Source of the DNA: a virus
IMG/VR virus record: IMGVR_UViG_3300031975_001631
Length of the DNA stretch: 64,000 nucleotides
Strand: one strand, 5' to 3'
This document shows, in pieces, positions 10,472-18,052 of this stretch; position 1 is the stretch's first letter, and each line of letters opens with the position of its first letter. The notes under the pieces were generated by a model. It was not told the DNA's origin. It saw nothing but the letters and a program-made list of their open reading frames with translations, and searched no databases. The position numbers and the translations under genes were made by a program.

Positions 10472-10502
10472 AAAAAACTACGAAAGGGAGGTCTCCCTCC
10501 CT
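10472..10502 (-). terminator. Rho-independent terminator after gp32
   Basis: GGGAG-GGAGAC-CTCCC hairpin followed by a T-rich tract. Confidence 0.55.
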
Positions 10503-10503
10503 A

Positions 10504-10511
10504 TATTTATA
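10504..10511 (-). promoter_or_regulatory. T4-type late promoter TATAAATA
   Basis: Exact TATAAATA on the minus strand directly after the gp32 stop. Confidence 0.7.
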
Positions 10512-11393
10512 TCATTCCTCTGCAAGACGCTGGAAATAGGACAGAGCGTCATCATCTTCTGTAGATCCACCCATATCAACCTTACCGGCGATTGGGTCAT
10601 TTACTACAGGTTGTGCTTCTTCATCCATAACCTCAGGGTCAGGAGCTTTAGGAGTAGAAGATCCAAGAACATAGTTCAAACGAGTCTTCAGTTCATCATA
10701 GGATTTGAACTGAGAAGGATCAACTAACTCTGCAAGAGAATACTCTTTCTTCCAAATTGCTTCCATAGCATCATCATCATCCAGGAGAGGTGCTTGACGA
10801 GCAAACTCACTAGAATCATAATTCCAGTAACCTGCAACTTTTTTGATTTTGATCTTAAAGTCGGCACCCTGCCAGAAGTCGAATGGGTTGATTGGTTCTT
10901 CGTCTTCAAACTCAGGTTGCATGGCAGACATAACCTTATCAAAGATCTTCTTACCAAACTTATAAAGGAAGACCCTACCCTCGTTATCAGGGTTTGCAGG
11001 ATCTTTTACAACATAGATGTTGGAGTAGTAAGAAAGCTTACGCTTCTGCTTACGAGCAGTCTCTTTGTCAGAATCAATGCCACTGTTCCAGAGACTAGAA
11101 TTGAGTTCGGAAACAGGATCTTTGGCACCACTAGTGGTCAAAGAGTTTTCAATATACCAACCACCAGGACCTTGGAAGGCATGGGAGTACATCTTTGCCC
11201 ATGGGAGATCTTCACCATCAGGGGCAGGAAGAAAACGGATAACAGCATATCCATTGCCAGCTTTATCGACCTCTGGTTTCCAGAGACGCTCGTCAGCTGA
11301 GTTGCCACCCTTATTGGTTTTCTCTACTTCCTTAACCAGTTTAGCGGTTAGTGAACCAAGGGAGGACTGTTTTTTAAGTGATGCGAATGACAT
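10512..11393 (-). CDS. gp32: Single-stranded DNA-binding protein gp32
   Basis: DERLWKP, GYAVIRFLP, YKFGKKIFDK, acidic C-terminal tail. Confidence 0.97.
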   Translation of the reverse strand: MSFASLKKQSSLGSLTAKLVKEVEKTNKGGNSADERLWKPEVDKAGNGYAVIRFLPAPDGEDLPWAKMYSHAFQGPGGWYIENSLTTSGAKDPVSELNSSLWNSGIDSDKETARKQKRKLSYYSNIYVVKDPANPDNEGRVFLYKFGKKIFDKVMSAMQPEFEDEEPINPFDFWQGADFKIKIKKVAGYWNYDSSEFARQAPLLDDDDAMEAIWKKEYSLAELVDPSQFKSYDELKTRLNYVLGSSTPKAPDPEVMDEEAQPVVNDPIAGKVDMGGSTEDDDALSYFQRLAEE

Positions 11394-11433
11394 TAGATTT
11401 GGCCTGTAATTGGATTTGGCTTGTTACTGGTCT

Positions 11434-11463
11434 ATTATAGGGCGACAGTGCTCCCATTGTCAA
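11434..11463 (-). promoter_or_regulatory. Sigma70-like promoter for gp32
   Basis: TTGACA-N18-TATAAT on the minus strand. Confidence 0.8.
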
Positions 11464-11789
11464 GAGATCTGCTCTCTGACTTTTGTTAAGGTTTTCTGCA
11501 TGTTGCCGAAAAGGACTGCACAATCAACATCTTTGGGGAACCCCATCATGATAGCTGATTTGCGGACACTCTCACGCATTTCTTGTGCGCGAGGATCATC
11601 AGACAGTGACATTCTCGTATACAGAATTCTCTGTTTTTCTAATAGTAGATCGAGTTTATCGATATGCTCAATTTTCTCTTCACGATCTAATTCGCCAAAA
11701 GAAAATACTTCAGTGTAGATTTCTTCCTGAAGTTCATTAATTTCCTGTAACTCCTCTTGAACAAGTTCTGAGTCGAAAAAATCTGACAT
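11460..11789 (-). CDS. Conserved cyanophage/cyanobacterial protein (DUF1825-like)
   Basis: FFDSELVQEEL...LLEKQRILYTRMSLSDDPRA. Confidence 0.65.
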   Translation of the reverse strand: MSDFFDSELVQEELQEINELQEEIYTEVFSFGELDREEKIEHIDKLDLLLEKQRILYTRMSLSDDPRAQEMRESVRKSAIMMGFPKDVDCAVLFGNMQKTLTKVREQIS

Positions 11790-11812
11790 CTTTCTAATTT
11801 ACCTTGGCTTAT

Positions 11813-12067
11813 TTAGAGAGGCAACTTTGCTCTAGTGGTCTTCTTCATAAAATTAAGATCTTGAGCATCACGCTTCAATTTCTCTTTCAATGGCTTTGAA
11901 ATTAACTTACTAATTGAGTCTATTTCAATACCATTCTCCTCACAGAAAAGCACAATGGCTTCAATGTAATTCATTTTTTCTTTTAGTACAAGAGTCTCTA
12001 TTTCTAAAGAGAACTTTGCAGCATTCATGAACTTTTTGCCCAATGCCTTTGTTAATTCATTTTCCAT
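11813..12067 (-). CDS. gp33: Late-promoter coactivator gp33
   Basis: YIEAIVLFCEENGIEI..ISKLISKPLKEKLK.DA..LNF. Confidence 0.9.
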   Translation of the reverse strand: MENELTKALGKKFMNAAKFSLEIETLVLKEKMNYIEAIVLFCEENGIEIDSISKLISKPLKEKLKRDAQDLNFMKKTTRAKLPL

Positions 12068-12716
12068 TTAAGTGATACTCCGCGAAGTTTCTGATGTATT
12101 TGGTAAGTAACTTCATGTACTTAAGTTTATCATATTCTTGATACACTTTGCAAGACCCATCTTCACATGCCATGATAATGACAAATTTTTTGACAGGTGT
12201 GCCAGTCAGTTCATAGTACATACAAGCATAAGCAGCACATTGAACAAGATAACCTTCAATCCACTTATATGGTTTAGGTTTTGCCGATGTTTTAAAGTCA
12301 ATAACTGCTAATTCACCATCATACTCAGCGATACAATCTACAGTTCCAGCAACTCCTAATTGCTCACTATACAAAGATCCTTCTAGAGTGTGAATGTTAC
12401 TAATCCGATTTAGATCGGGTTTGGCAATTTTAAACAAAAATTCAGGAAGAGGCTTTACCTTGGGGAGATCATCATTCTTTAGATAATGCTCTGTAAGAGT
12501 GTGCATATCTGTACCACGACTCGTAGAGAGTTTAGTCTTTAGATTTGCTGCTTCTTCTCCAACTCTTTTCCGCCATTTGATGAAAATTTCTCTATTATAA
12601 AAACTGATAATAGAGGTAATGGATACCATCTTTGTGTCAGGTGTTTCATAATATCGTACACCATCAATGGTGTTCCTCTCTAACCGAGGAAGTTCAATTT
12701 CAAGATGATTAAACAT
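12057..12716 (-). CDS. PD-(D/E)XK exonuclease (RecB/Cas4-like)
   Basis: RGTDMH, AGTVDCIAEYDG..AVIDFKTS, Q.AAYA. Confidence 0.85.
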   Translation of the reverse strand: MFNHLEIELPRLERNTIDGVRYYETPDTKMVSITSIISFYNREIFIKWRKRVGEEAANLKTKLSTSRGTDMHTLTEHYLKNDDLPKVKPLPEFLFKIAKPDLNRISNIHTLEGSLYSEQLGVAGTVDCIAEYDGELAVIDFKTSAKPKPYKWIEGYLVQCAAYACMYYELTGTPVKKFVIIMACEDGSCKVYQEYDKLKYMKLLTKYIRNFAEYHLNGK

Positions 12717-13468
12717 TACATACCGAGTGCCAATTTAGTAGCAAGATATTCTTTACAGAGACCAGAACGAACAATATCATCAACACCAAATTCAATTGAT
12801 GCGAATGATGGCATTTGCTCTAGAATCTTCATAAAGTCTAGGATGCCATTTTTTTCGTAAGTCTTAGTCAAATCAGTCTGGGTAGCATCACCACAGAAAT
12901 GAATTTTAGAATTCTCCCCAACTCTAGTGATTATACTATCAAGTTCATGAAAATTCAAGTTTTGGCATTCGTCTACAATGACAATTGCATCATCAAGAGT
13001 AGTTCCACGAATGAATGATGTTGACCAGAAAGAAATAGTCTCTTGCTGCTTTAGATTGCCATACAACATCTCAAAGTCAGAATCAGTAGGCATCTCAAAC
13101 ATATATTTTACCATATTCTTATAAGGAATTTGGTAAAGAGCTGACTTATCCTCATGATCTCCGGGAAGGAAACCAATTTCTCTAGTGGATACTAAAGAAC
13201 GGACAATATAGATTTTTTGATAAGGAGAGTATTCGTCAAGAACATCTTTAATAGCATTATACAGTACGATAAAGGTTTTGCCCGTACCAGCTGCTCCATA
13301 AGCAAAAATATTTTTCCCCTGAGAATAGTCCTTGAATAGGGTTTCTTGATTATCTGTTAAGGGTTGAATATCAACCAGGAAGTCCGTATTAATAGGTTTC
13401 TTCCTTCTCATCTGCTTACTGGTCATTCCAGCACCGGCACTTGGATCGGACTTTCTCTTCCTAGGCAT
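12716..13468 (-). CDS. phoH: PhoH family protein
   Basis: Walker A GAAGTGKT, GFLPG, FIRGTT, DECQN, CGDATQTD. Confidence 0.95.
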   Translation of the reverse strand: MPRKRKSDPSAGAGMTSKQMRRKKPINTDFLVDIQPLTDNQETLFKDYSQGKNIFAYGAAGTGKTFIVLYNAIKDVLDEYSPYQKIYIVRSLVSTREIGFLPGDHEDKSALYQIPYKNMVKYMFEMPTDSDFEMLYGNLKQQETISFWSTSFIRGTTLDDAIVIVDECQNLNFHELDSIITRVGENSKIHFCGDATQTDLTKTYEKNGILDFMKILEQMPSFASIEFGVDDIVRSGLCKEYLATKLALGM

Positions 13469-13471
13469 AAT

Positions 13472-13726
13472 TTAGTCTAAAGTGAGTTTTTGGCAGTTTT
13501 TACCAGTTTTTTGTGCATTAGCTAATACTTCATTCCAACCGGGTTTAGATTTAAGAAGTTTATCTTTCCATTCTCCAACTTCACCAACACCGGGCATGGT
13601 TGATGGATCAGAATAATCACGAGTCCAGTCAGGATTATCTTCACGCCAGGAGTCCCAAGCATGAACACTCATCACTACTTCTTTTTGTTCACCGGTTTCT
13701 TTGTGTACTACAGGATAAGTTGCCAT
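13472..13726 (-). CDS. Conserved cyanophage hypothetical protein
   Basis: 84-aa ORF MATYPVVHKETGEQKE preceded by ATAAATA. Confidence 0.7.
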   Translation of the reverse strand: MATYPVVHKETGEQKEVVMSVHAWDSWREDNPDWTRDYSDPSTMPGVGEVGEWKDKLLKSKPGWNEVLANAQKTGKNCQKLTLD

Positions 13727-13752
13727 ATCAAAATATTATGCGAAGTTATTTA

Positions 13753-14391
13753 TCAAAACCAATTGAGTGCCTTGCCGACAGTAGGATATTGTTCGCAGAA
13801 AATACTCTTAGCCTGAACTGCGATATCCATATGTTCTTTCTGAGTACCATGAGCACTTCTAAGATCTATATAATGCACCCACGAGCGACATGAGCCTGTC
13901 ATATAGATTCTTGTGGGGGTTGCTAAGGGAAGCACCATTCTAGCGCACTCCTTGGCGATTCCAGCGTCTAGCATGGTCTGATATAGATCCATACCTTCAG
14001 TAAAGTATTTCTGTATAGCAATCTCAAAAGTTTGTCTTTTAAATGCATCAACATTGTCAAGACTATTTTGGCGATTCTTGTAATCTTGGCCACGCAATTC
14101 AGGAATAGGAATACTACTAGCTAACATAGAACTGTCAGCATATCTTTGTGAAAATTCCTGGAATGTAAAAGAACGGTGACGAAGCACTTGAGCTGCGATT
14201 GCCCTAGAAGTTTCAATTTCTAAAGTCATGTATGCTTGCTCAAACACAGACCAATGTCCATGATTAATACAATACTTTAAGAGACCTTCAAAGCTAGGAT
14301 TATCCTGATTATTAGGATTTGAAACCCTTGCTATGTACGCCATCGTCTCCTCTGGATTCGGAGTCGATTGAACTAGTCTCACTTTTTCCAT
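13753..14391 (-). CDS. thyX: Flavin-dependent thymidylate synthase
   Basis: RHRSFTFQEFSQRY signature; HWSVFE. Confidence 0.97.
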   Translation of the reverse strand: MEKVRLVQSTPNPEETMAYIARVSNPNNQDNPSFEGLLKYCINHGHWSVFEQAYMTLEIETSRAIAAQVLRHRSFTFQEFSQRYADSSMLASSIPIPELRGQDYKNRQNSLDNVDAFKRQTFEIAIQKYFTEGMDLYQTMLDAGIAKECARMVLPLATPTRIYMTGSCRSWVHYIDLRSAHGTQKEHMDIAVQAKSIFCEQYPTVGKALNWF

Positions 14392-14527
14392 GATTTCCTT
14401 TCAGTTGTTTTAATTTTAATCCCTTTTTAGCAACTTTCCTTGCTTTCTTCATATACAAAAGTTCTTCATCTGTATATAACCAAGGTTGTTTAAGTGCTTC
14501 CTTGGTTAACCGAATTGTATCCTTCAT
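14312..14527 (-). CDS. Hypothetical protein overlapping the thyX start
   Basis: ORF track; IRLTKEALKQPWLYTDEELLYMKKA. Confidence 0.55.
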   Translation of the reverse strand: MKDTIRLTKEALKQPWLYTDEELLYMKKARKVAKKGLKLKQLKGNHGKSETSSIDSESRGDDGVHSKGFKS

Positions 14528-14738
14528 CCGCATAGTAGACCTCGTAGTATTTTAGTAGTCCGTGAGTTATCATATTTCCTTGGGATACCCAATCATGAGC
14601 ACATTCATATATGCTCTGGTTTGAATATTTAGGAGATCCATCTGGATTCAACTCACTACCAAAATTCTTCAAAAGGATTGATAGAGCAGAGTTTCTAACT
14701 TGCATTTTTTCTGGAGTATATCTCCAGTCAGTCTGCAT
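14490..14738 (-). CDS. Hypothetical protein
   Basis: ORF track; likely start MQTDWRY. Confidence 0.55.
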   Translation of the reverse strand: MQTDWRYTPEKMQVRNSALSILLKNFGSELNPDGSPKYSNQSIYECAHDWVSQGNMITHGLLKYYEVYYADEGYNSVNQGST

Positions 14739-14898
14739 ATCCGTCATCGTCTCCGTCTCCAAAGTATTCTACTGGATCATCATAGTTTTCGCGCTTATCT
14801 TGTTGATAAGCTTCTGCATCGGAGAACACTTCAGATTCTAGTTCTTGCACCAATGCTTTCATGGTCAAGACCAAACCCTTTAAAACTTGTCTGTCCAT
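14728..14898 (-). CDS. Small acidic hypothetical protein (56 aa)
   Basis: Manual translation MDRQVLKGLVLTMKALVQELESEVFSDAEAYQQDKRENYDDPVEYFGDGDDDGYAD. Confidence 0.65.
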   Translation of the reverse strand: MDRQVLKGLVLTMKALVQELESEVFSDAEAYQQDKRENYDDPVEYFGDGDDDGYAD

Positions 14899-14918
14899 AA
14901 AAGAATGAGGTTTTGATC

Positions 14919-14947
14919 ATTATACACAAAAAAAGAGGACTCGTCAA
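14919..14947 (-). promoter_or_regulatory. Sigma70-like promoter
   Basis: TTGACG-N17-TATAAT with TG upstream of the -10. Confidence 0.8.
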
Positions 14948-14958
14948 GAGTCCTCTTT
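14928..14958 (-). terminator. Rho-independent terminator
   Basis: AAGAGGACTC-TTGAC-GAGTCCTCTT hairpin continuing into a T run. Confidence 0.8.
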
Positions 14959-14977
14959 AATTCGTCCAATCTAGTAC

Positions 14978-15121
14978 TCAGCTTTTTGATGCGAACTTAC
15001 GCTCAACTTTAATACCACGATACATTAATTCGTGATTTTGACGAGCAGTTTGCTCCTCAATTACTTTTGCTTTGTACTGGTCTGCGTCATACTTGACGCC
15101 ACGGTATGTGATTGTAGACAT
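14978..15121 (-). CDS. DUF4278-like peptide (47 aa)
   Basis: Manual translation MSTITYRGVKYDADQYKAKVIEEQTARQNHELMYRGIKVERKFASKS with twin YRG motifs; AGGAG RBS. Confidence 0.8.
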   Translation of the reverse strand: MSTITYRGVKYDADQYKAKVIEEQTARQNHELMYRGIKVERKFASKS

Positions 15122-15182
15122 CGGTTTACTCCTGAAGTTGGGTGAAAATTAACCTTCTCAGCTTTCGCTGGATCCGTTTTTT

Positions 15183-15369
15183 CCCGTTCCTTCAGTCGTG
15201 TGCGTCCCAATACCACCGACACTCTGGTGCTGAGTCCTTAAGGGTCTCAACCAACTCAACCTTAACTTGATTGCTAAGGTTTTGATTATTCTCAATCTTC
15301 AGCATGATAGCATCAGTTTGAGTACAGGTGAGTGTTGTGTAGAATAATACTTCTAACATGGGATGAACG
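15183..15369 (-). ncRNA. Glutamine-riboswitch-like aptamer 2, split by an embedded ORF
   Basis: 5' half CGUUCAUCCC (15369-15360) and 3' half GGGACGCACACGACUGAAGGAACGGG (15208-15183); CGUUC/GAACG and UCCCA/UGGGA pairings. Confidence 0.6.
15192..15359 (-). CDS. 55-aa ORF nested in the riboswitch-like element
   Basis: Manual translation MLEVLFYTTLTCTQTDAIMLKIENNQNLSNQVKVELVETLKDSAPECRWYWDAHD. Confidence 0.65.
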   Translation of the reverse strand: MLEVLFYTTLTCTQTDAIMLKIENNQNLSNQVKVELVETLKDSAPECRWYWDAHD

Positions 15370-15372
15370 ACT

Positions 15373-15415
15373 CCGTTCCGCGACTTACTTGCGTCCAGAT
15401 TGCTCTGGATGAACG
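15373..15415 (-). ncRNA. Glutamine-riboswitch-like aptamer 1 (Downstream-peptide/glnA type)
   Basis: CGUUCA-UCCAGA-GCAA-UCUGGA-CGCAAGUAAGUCGCGGAACGG; P1 CGUUC/GAACG; starts at the predicted TSS; upstream of a DUF4278-like gene. Confidence 0.7.
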
Positions 15416-15423
15416 ACAGGTCT

Positions 15424-15453
15424 ATTATAGACCACTATCATTATTTATGTCAA
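15424..15453 (-). promoter_or_regulatory. Sigma70-like promoter driving the riboswitch leader
   Basis: TTGACA-N18-TATAAT. Confidence 0.8.
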
Positions 15454-15463
15454 CCCTATAGGG

Positions 15464-15493
15464 CAAAAAAAACCCGGAGATTTTTTCCCCGGA
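15464..15493 (-). terminator. Rho-independent terminator
   Basis: CCGGGGA-AAAAA-TCTCCGG followed by G and T8. Confidence 0.75.
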
Positions 15494-15514
15494 TTCTTGA
15501 AAATAAAAGTCAAA

Positions 15515-15787
15515 TTACTTTTTAGACTCTTTATTTTTACTTTTATACCCATACATCTTTGGGTTGACTTTCCCATCAGTCTGAGTCCAACCCTTTAATC
15601 CATGCTTATATTCGTCGTAATAATAATCAAAAAGATCTACTTGTTTGTAGGATGAGGCAATATCATACTTTTTATGTCCCTCAGAGTCATAGTATTCGAT
15701 TAAAAAAGCCGAGTATGGCAAAGATTTATCTTTTGCCAACTCGGGATCGCAATCCTTATGTAGGATGGTTACTCTTTCGTTGTTCAA
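15515..15787 (-). CDS. Conserved cyanophage hypothetical protein
   Basis: ORF track, 90 aa, in operon. Confidence 0.65.
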   Translation of the reverse strand: MNNERVTILHKDCDPELAKDKSLPYSAFLIEYYDSEGHKKYDIASSYKQVDLFDYYYDEYKHGLKGWTQTDGKVNPKMYGYKSKNKESKK

Positions 15788-16242
15788 CTACGATTACCCC
15801 ACTCAACATCAGGATATGCTTCCTTGACGACATTGTGAGTGATACGATACTTCTTACCCAAATTCTTATCCTTAACCAAGCAGATAATTTCTGCTTCATC
15901 GGGATGAAGAGACTCTAAAAGTTCAATGAACAAAGATTCTCTACGAGTCCTCTTAAGACTATCATTACCCCCCTTTACATAGTTATAAAGAGTTCTATAC
16001 TGACTAGCTAATTTACTCTGAGATTCTACAGTAGGAGAATCATTTGGAGTGAATGGAACATCTCCTTCAGGAATGGCACTTATGACACTATCATCAAAGT
16101 TCCACACAAATAAAGAGACTAAAGCAGGAGATCTATGCTCTTTGAGCAGATTGATTTTTGCTGCTTTAGTTTTTGCACTCGACACAGCTTGCAAAATTTC
16201 AGATTGGAGTGGATGTGGTGGTAATTTACTCATGATTTTCAA
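15784..16242 (-). CDS. Conserved T4-like phage hypothetical protein
   Basis: PEGDVPF, RRESLFIELLESLHPDEAEI. Confidence 0.7.
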   Translation of the reverse strand: MKIMSKLPPHPLQSEILQAVSSAKTKAAKINLLKEHRSPALVSLFVWNFDDSVISAIPEGDVPFTPNDSPTVESQSKLASQYRTLYNYVKGGNDSLKRTRRESLFIELLESLHPDEAEIICLVKDKNLGKKYRITHNVVKEAYPDVEWGNRS

Positions 16243-16250
16243 ATTAATAA

Positions 16251-16475
16251 TTAGTCTTCGTCATCGGCATCGTCTTCATTAAAACGAAAGGCGATTAATG
16301 AGTCAGGAAGAATATTTCCATTCTCATCATACATTTCAGGGTGGAGAACTTGTTGTTGATCTGAACGATCATGATGGTACATCATATATTCTCTAAGTAC
16401 CCATCCTAGCATACATCCAACGATTAATGCACCTATGACCAAGAACGATCCTGCAACTAAACTTACAGCTAGCAT
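16251..16475 (-). CDS. Small membrane protein
   Basis: N-terminal TM segment; HPEMYDENGN. Confidence 0.65.
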   Translation of the reverse strand: MLAVSLVAGSFLVIGALIVGCMLGWVLREYMMYHHDRSDQQQVLHPEMYDENGNILPDSLIAFRFNEDDADDED

Positions 16476-16479
16476 TGTT

Positions 16480-16722
16480 TTACTCCGAGGAATTATTTTT
16501 TCTGATATCCAAATAAAAATTCAGATGTAGAACAATATCTCTCCTGAAGAAAGATAACATGTTACCGAACTTTATTTGAAAAGTTTTTGGTTGTTCTTTC
16601 TTTTTTCCTCCGCTGAGAATGAACTCCACCCCCCGATTTCCGTGGGTATCTTTATTTAGTTCTGGTTCAGACAAGATTCTGCTCTTTAAAATACTGTACT
16701 GTTTCAGCAGCTCCTCCAACAA
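16480..16722 (-). CDS. Hypothetical protein
   Basis: ORF track; start uncertain, overlaps glutaredoxin. Confidence 0.5.
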   Translation of the reverse strand: MLEELLKQYSILKSRILSEPELNKDTHGNRGVEFILSGGKKKEQPKTFQIKFGNMLSFFRRDIVLHLNFYLDIRKNNSSE

Positions 16723-16897
16723 CTTTATCGTTGTGAACTACCTGAGGAAAATACTGCGTATTAAATTCATTTTGAAATTCTTCAATAGTAAAATCCTGAT
16801 TTAATGTGTAGACTACATGCTTTTGCTCTGTAATCTCCATGAGCTGTTTTACTTGACGACAGTGACCACACCCTGGCATTGAGTAGATTGTAAACAT
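16667..16897 (-). CDS. nrdC: Glutaredoxin
   Basis: CGHC, FPQV, VGG motifs; 76 aa. Confidence 0.9.
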   Translation of the reverse strand: MFTIYSMPGCGHCRQVKQLMEITEQKHVVYTLNQDFTIEEFQNEFNTQYFPQVVHNDKVVGGAAETVQYFKEQNLV

Positions 16898-16934
16898 AAC
16901 TTACTGCTTTACCTACAAGTAGATTTATAAAAAA

Positions 16935-17495
16935 TTAAATTGCTCTATTATATCCCCGGAGCTGTGGGGGCACATGATCAACATTTGCAGAAATAACTAT
17001 TCTTCTTCCCTCATGATTATCAGGAACCCAATGCGGTAAGCTAGCGTCAAACACTAAAACTAATCCATTTTCTACAGGTCTACATGAGTCTCCAAAACAA
17101 ATAGGGGCAGAGTTTTCCTCCACATCAATATAAAAAATGAAAGACAATGCTGAGGGAAAGTGACTATGATATTTTGTCCCTTCATTTGGACCATAATCCA
17201 TAGCCCATAGATTAGTTACCTCATATATGCCGTTACTATAAAAGTACTGCTTGCCAATAGAGTTGGCAAACTCCTCAAAGTAATTTGCAATTGAAGAAAA
17301 TCTAGAATCAACCTCATGAAGATTCCAAGCAGATCTCCAACTCGCTTCGACATTACTATCAGAGACACTATCAGGGTTTTCTTTTTTATGATCTAAAATA
17401 TTCTGTTTGAATTCATCCAACCTTTCAGTCCATCTAGACTCAAAAATTGGCATTTGAACAGAGACTTTACTAATTCCGATATCGGTCATAATCAA
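16935..17495 (-). CDS. Putative 2OG-Fe(II) oxygenase (HxH type)
   Basis: NLWAM, HSH, YID, LVFDASLPHWV, RIVISAN. Confidence 0.75.
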   Translation of the reverse strand: MIMTDIGISKVSVQMPIFESRWTERLDEFKQNILDHKKENPDSVSDSNVEASWRSAWNLHEVDSRFSSIANYFEEFANSIGKQYFYSNGIYEVTNLWAMDYGPNEGTKYHSHFPSALSFIFYIDVEENSAPICFGDSCRPVENGLVLVFDASLPHWVPDNHEGRRIVISANVDHVPPQLRGYNRAI

Positions 17496-18052
17496 GATTC
17501 ATCAATAATACTAATGTTCATAGCAACAGCAATCCTTCTCCCCTTCGTAGGCGGAACATGATGTGTAATGAATCCAGGAAACAAAACTAACATCCCATTC
17601 TTTACATGGACTTCCTTATCTTCCAATAAGATAGGAGCAACATCTTCTTCGACATCAATATAGTAAACGCAAGACCATGCTGATGGAAAGTGATCATGAG
17701 GGGTAGCTTGATCACCCTCCTCCATGACTACTGCCCATAAAGAAGCGAGTTTATACTTTGCATGAGTATGGAATACCTGCTCCGTAATGTAGTCTAGCAC
17801 ATATATGACATAATTGCCAATGTCCAAAAACCTATCATCAGTTTGATGTGTATCCCACTTAGTTAACCATGCCTTGACAGAATGGCCTGCGGTCTCATCT
17901 GTATCCAGATATTCTGGATCTTGAGATCTTTTCTCCAGAATTATATCTTTAAATCTATTAAATTCTTCTGGACCATTTTCAATAATAAAGGTGGGCAACT
18001 TAGTGACCACCTTATCATATTGAATAACCCTAGATGTAGGTCCGTTCTCCAT
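17492..18052 (-). CDS. Putative 2OG-Fe(II) oxygenase (HxH type)
   Basis: SLWAV, HDH, VYY, LFPGFITHHV, RIAVAMN. Confidence 0.75.
   Translation of the reverse strand: MENGPTSRVIQYDKVVTKLPTFIIENGPEEFNRFKDIILEKRSQDPEYLDTDETAGHSVKAWLTKWDTHQTDDRFLDIGNYVIYVLDYITEQVFHTHAKYKLASLWAVVMEEGDQATPHDHFPSAWSCVYYIDVEEDVAPILLEDKEVHVKNGMLVLFPGFITHHVPPTKGRRIAVAMNISIIDES

Noticed and set aside
10724-11718. Overlapping ORFs across gp32
   Set aside because: Antisense or alternate frames of gp32 with no independent signals
12057-12716. Cas4-like nuclease as sign of CRISPR
   Set aside because: No repeat-spacer array or other cas gene; standard position next to phoH and gp33
13468-13760. Pho box upstream of phoH
   Set aside because: No tandem PhoB-type repeat recognised; phoH is internal to an operon
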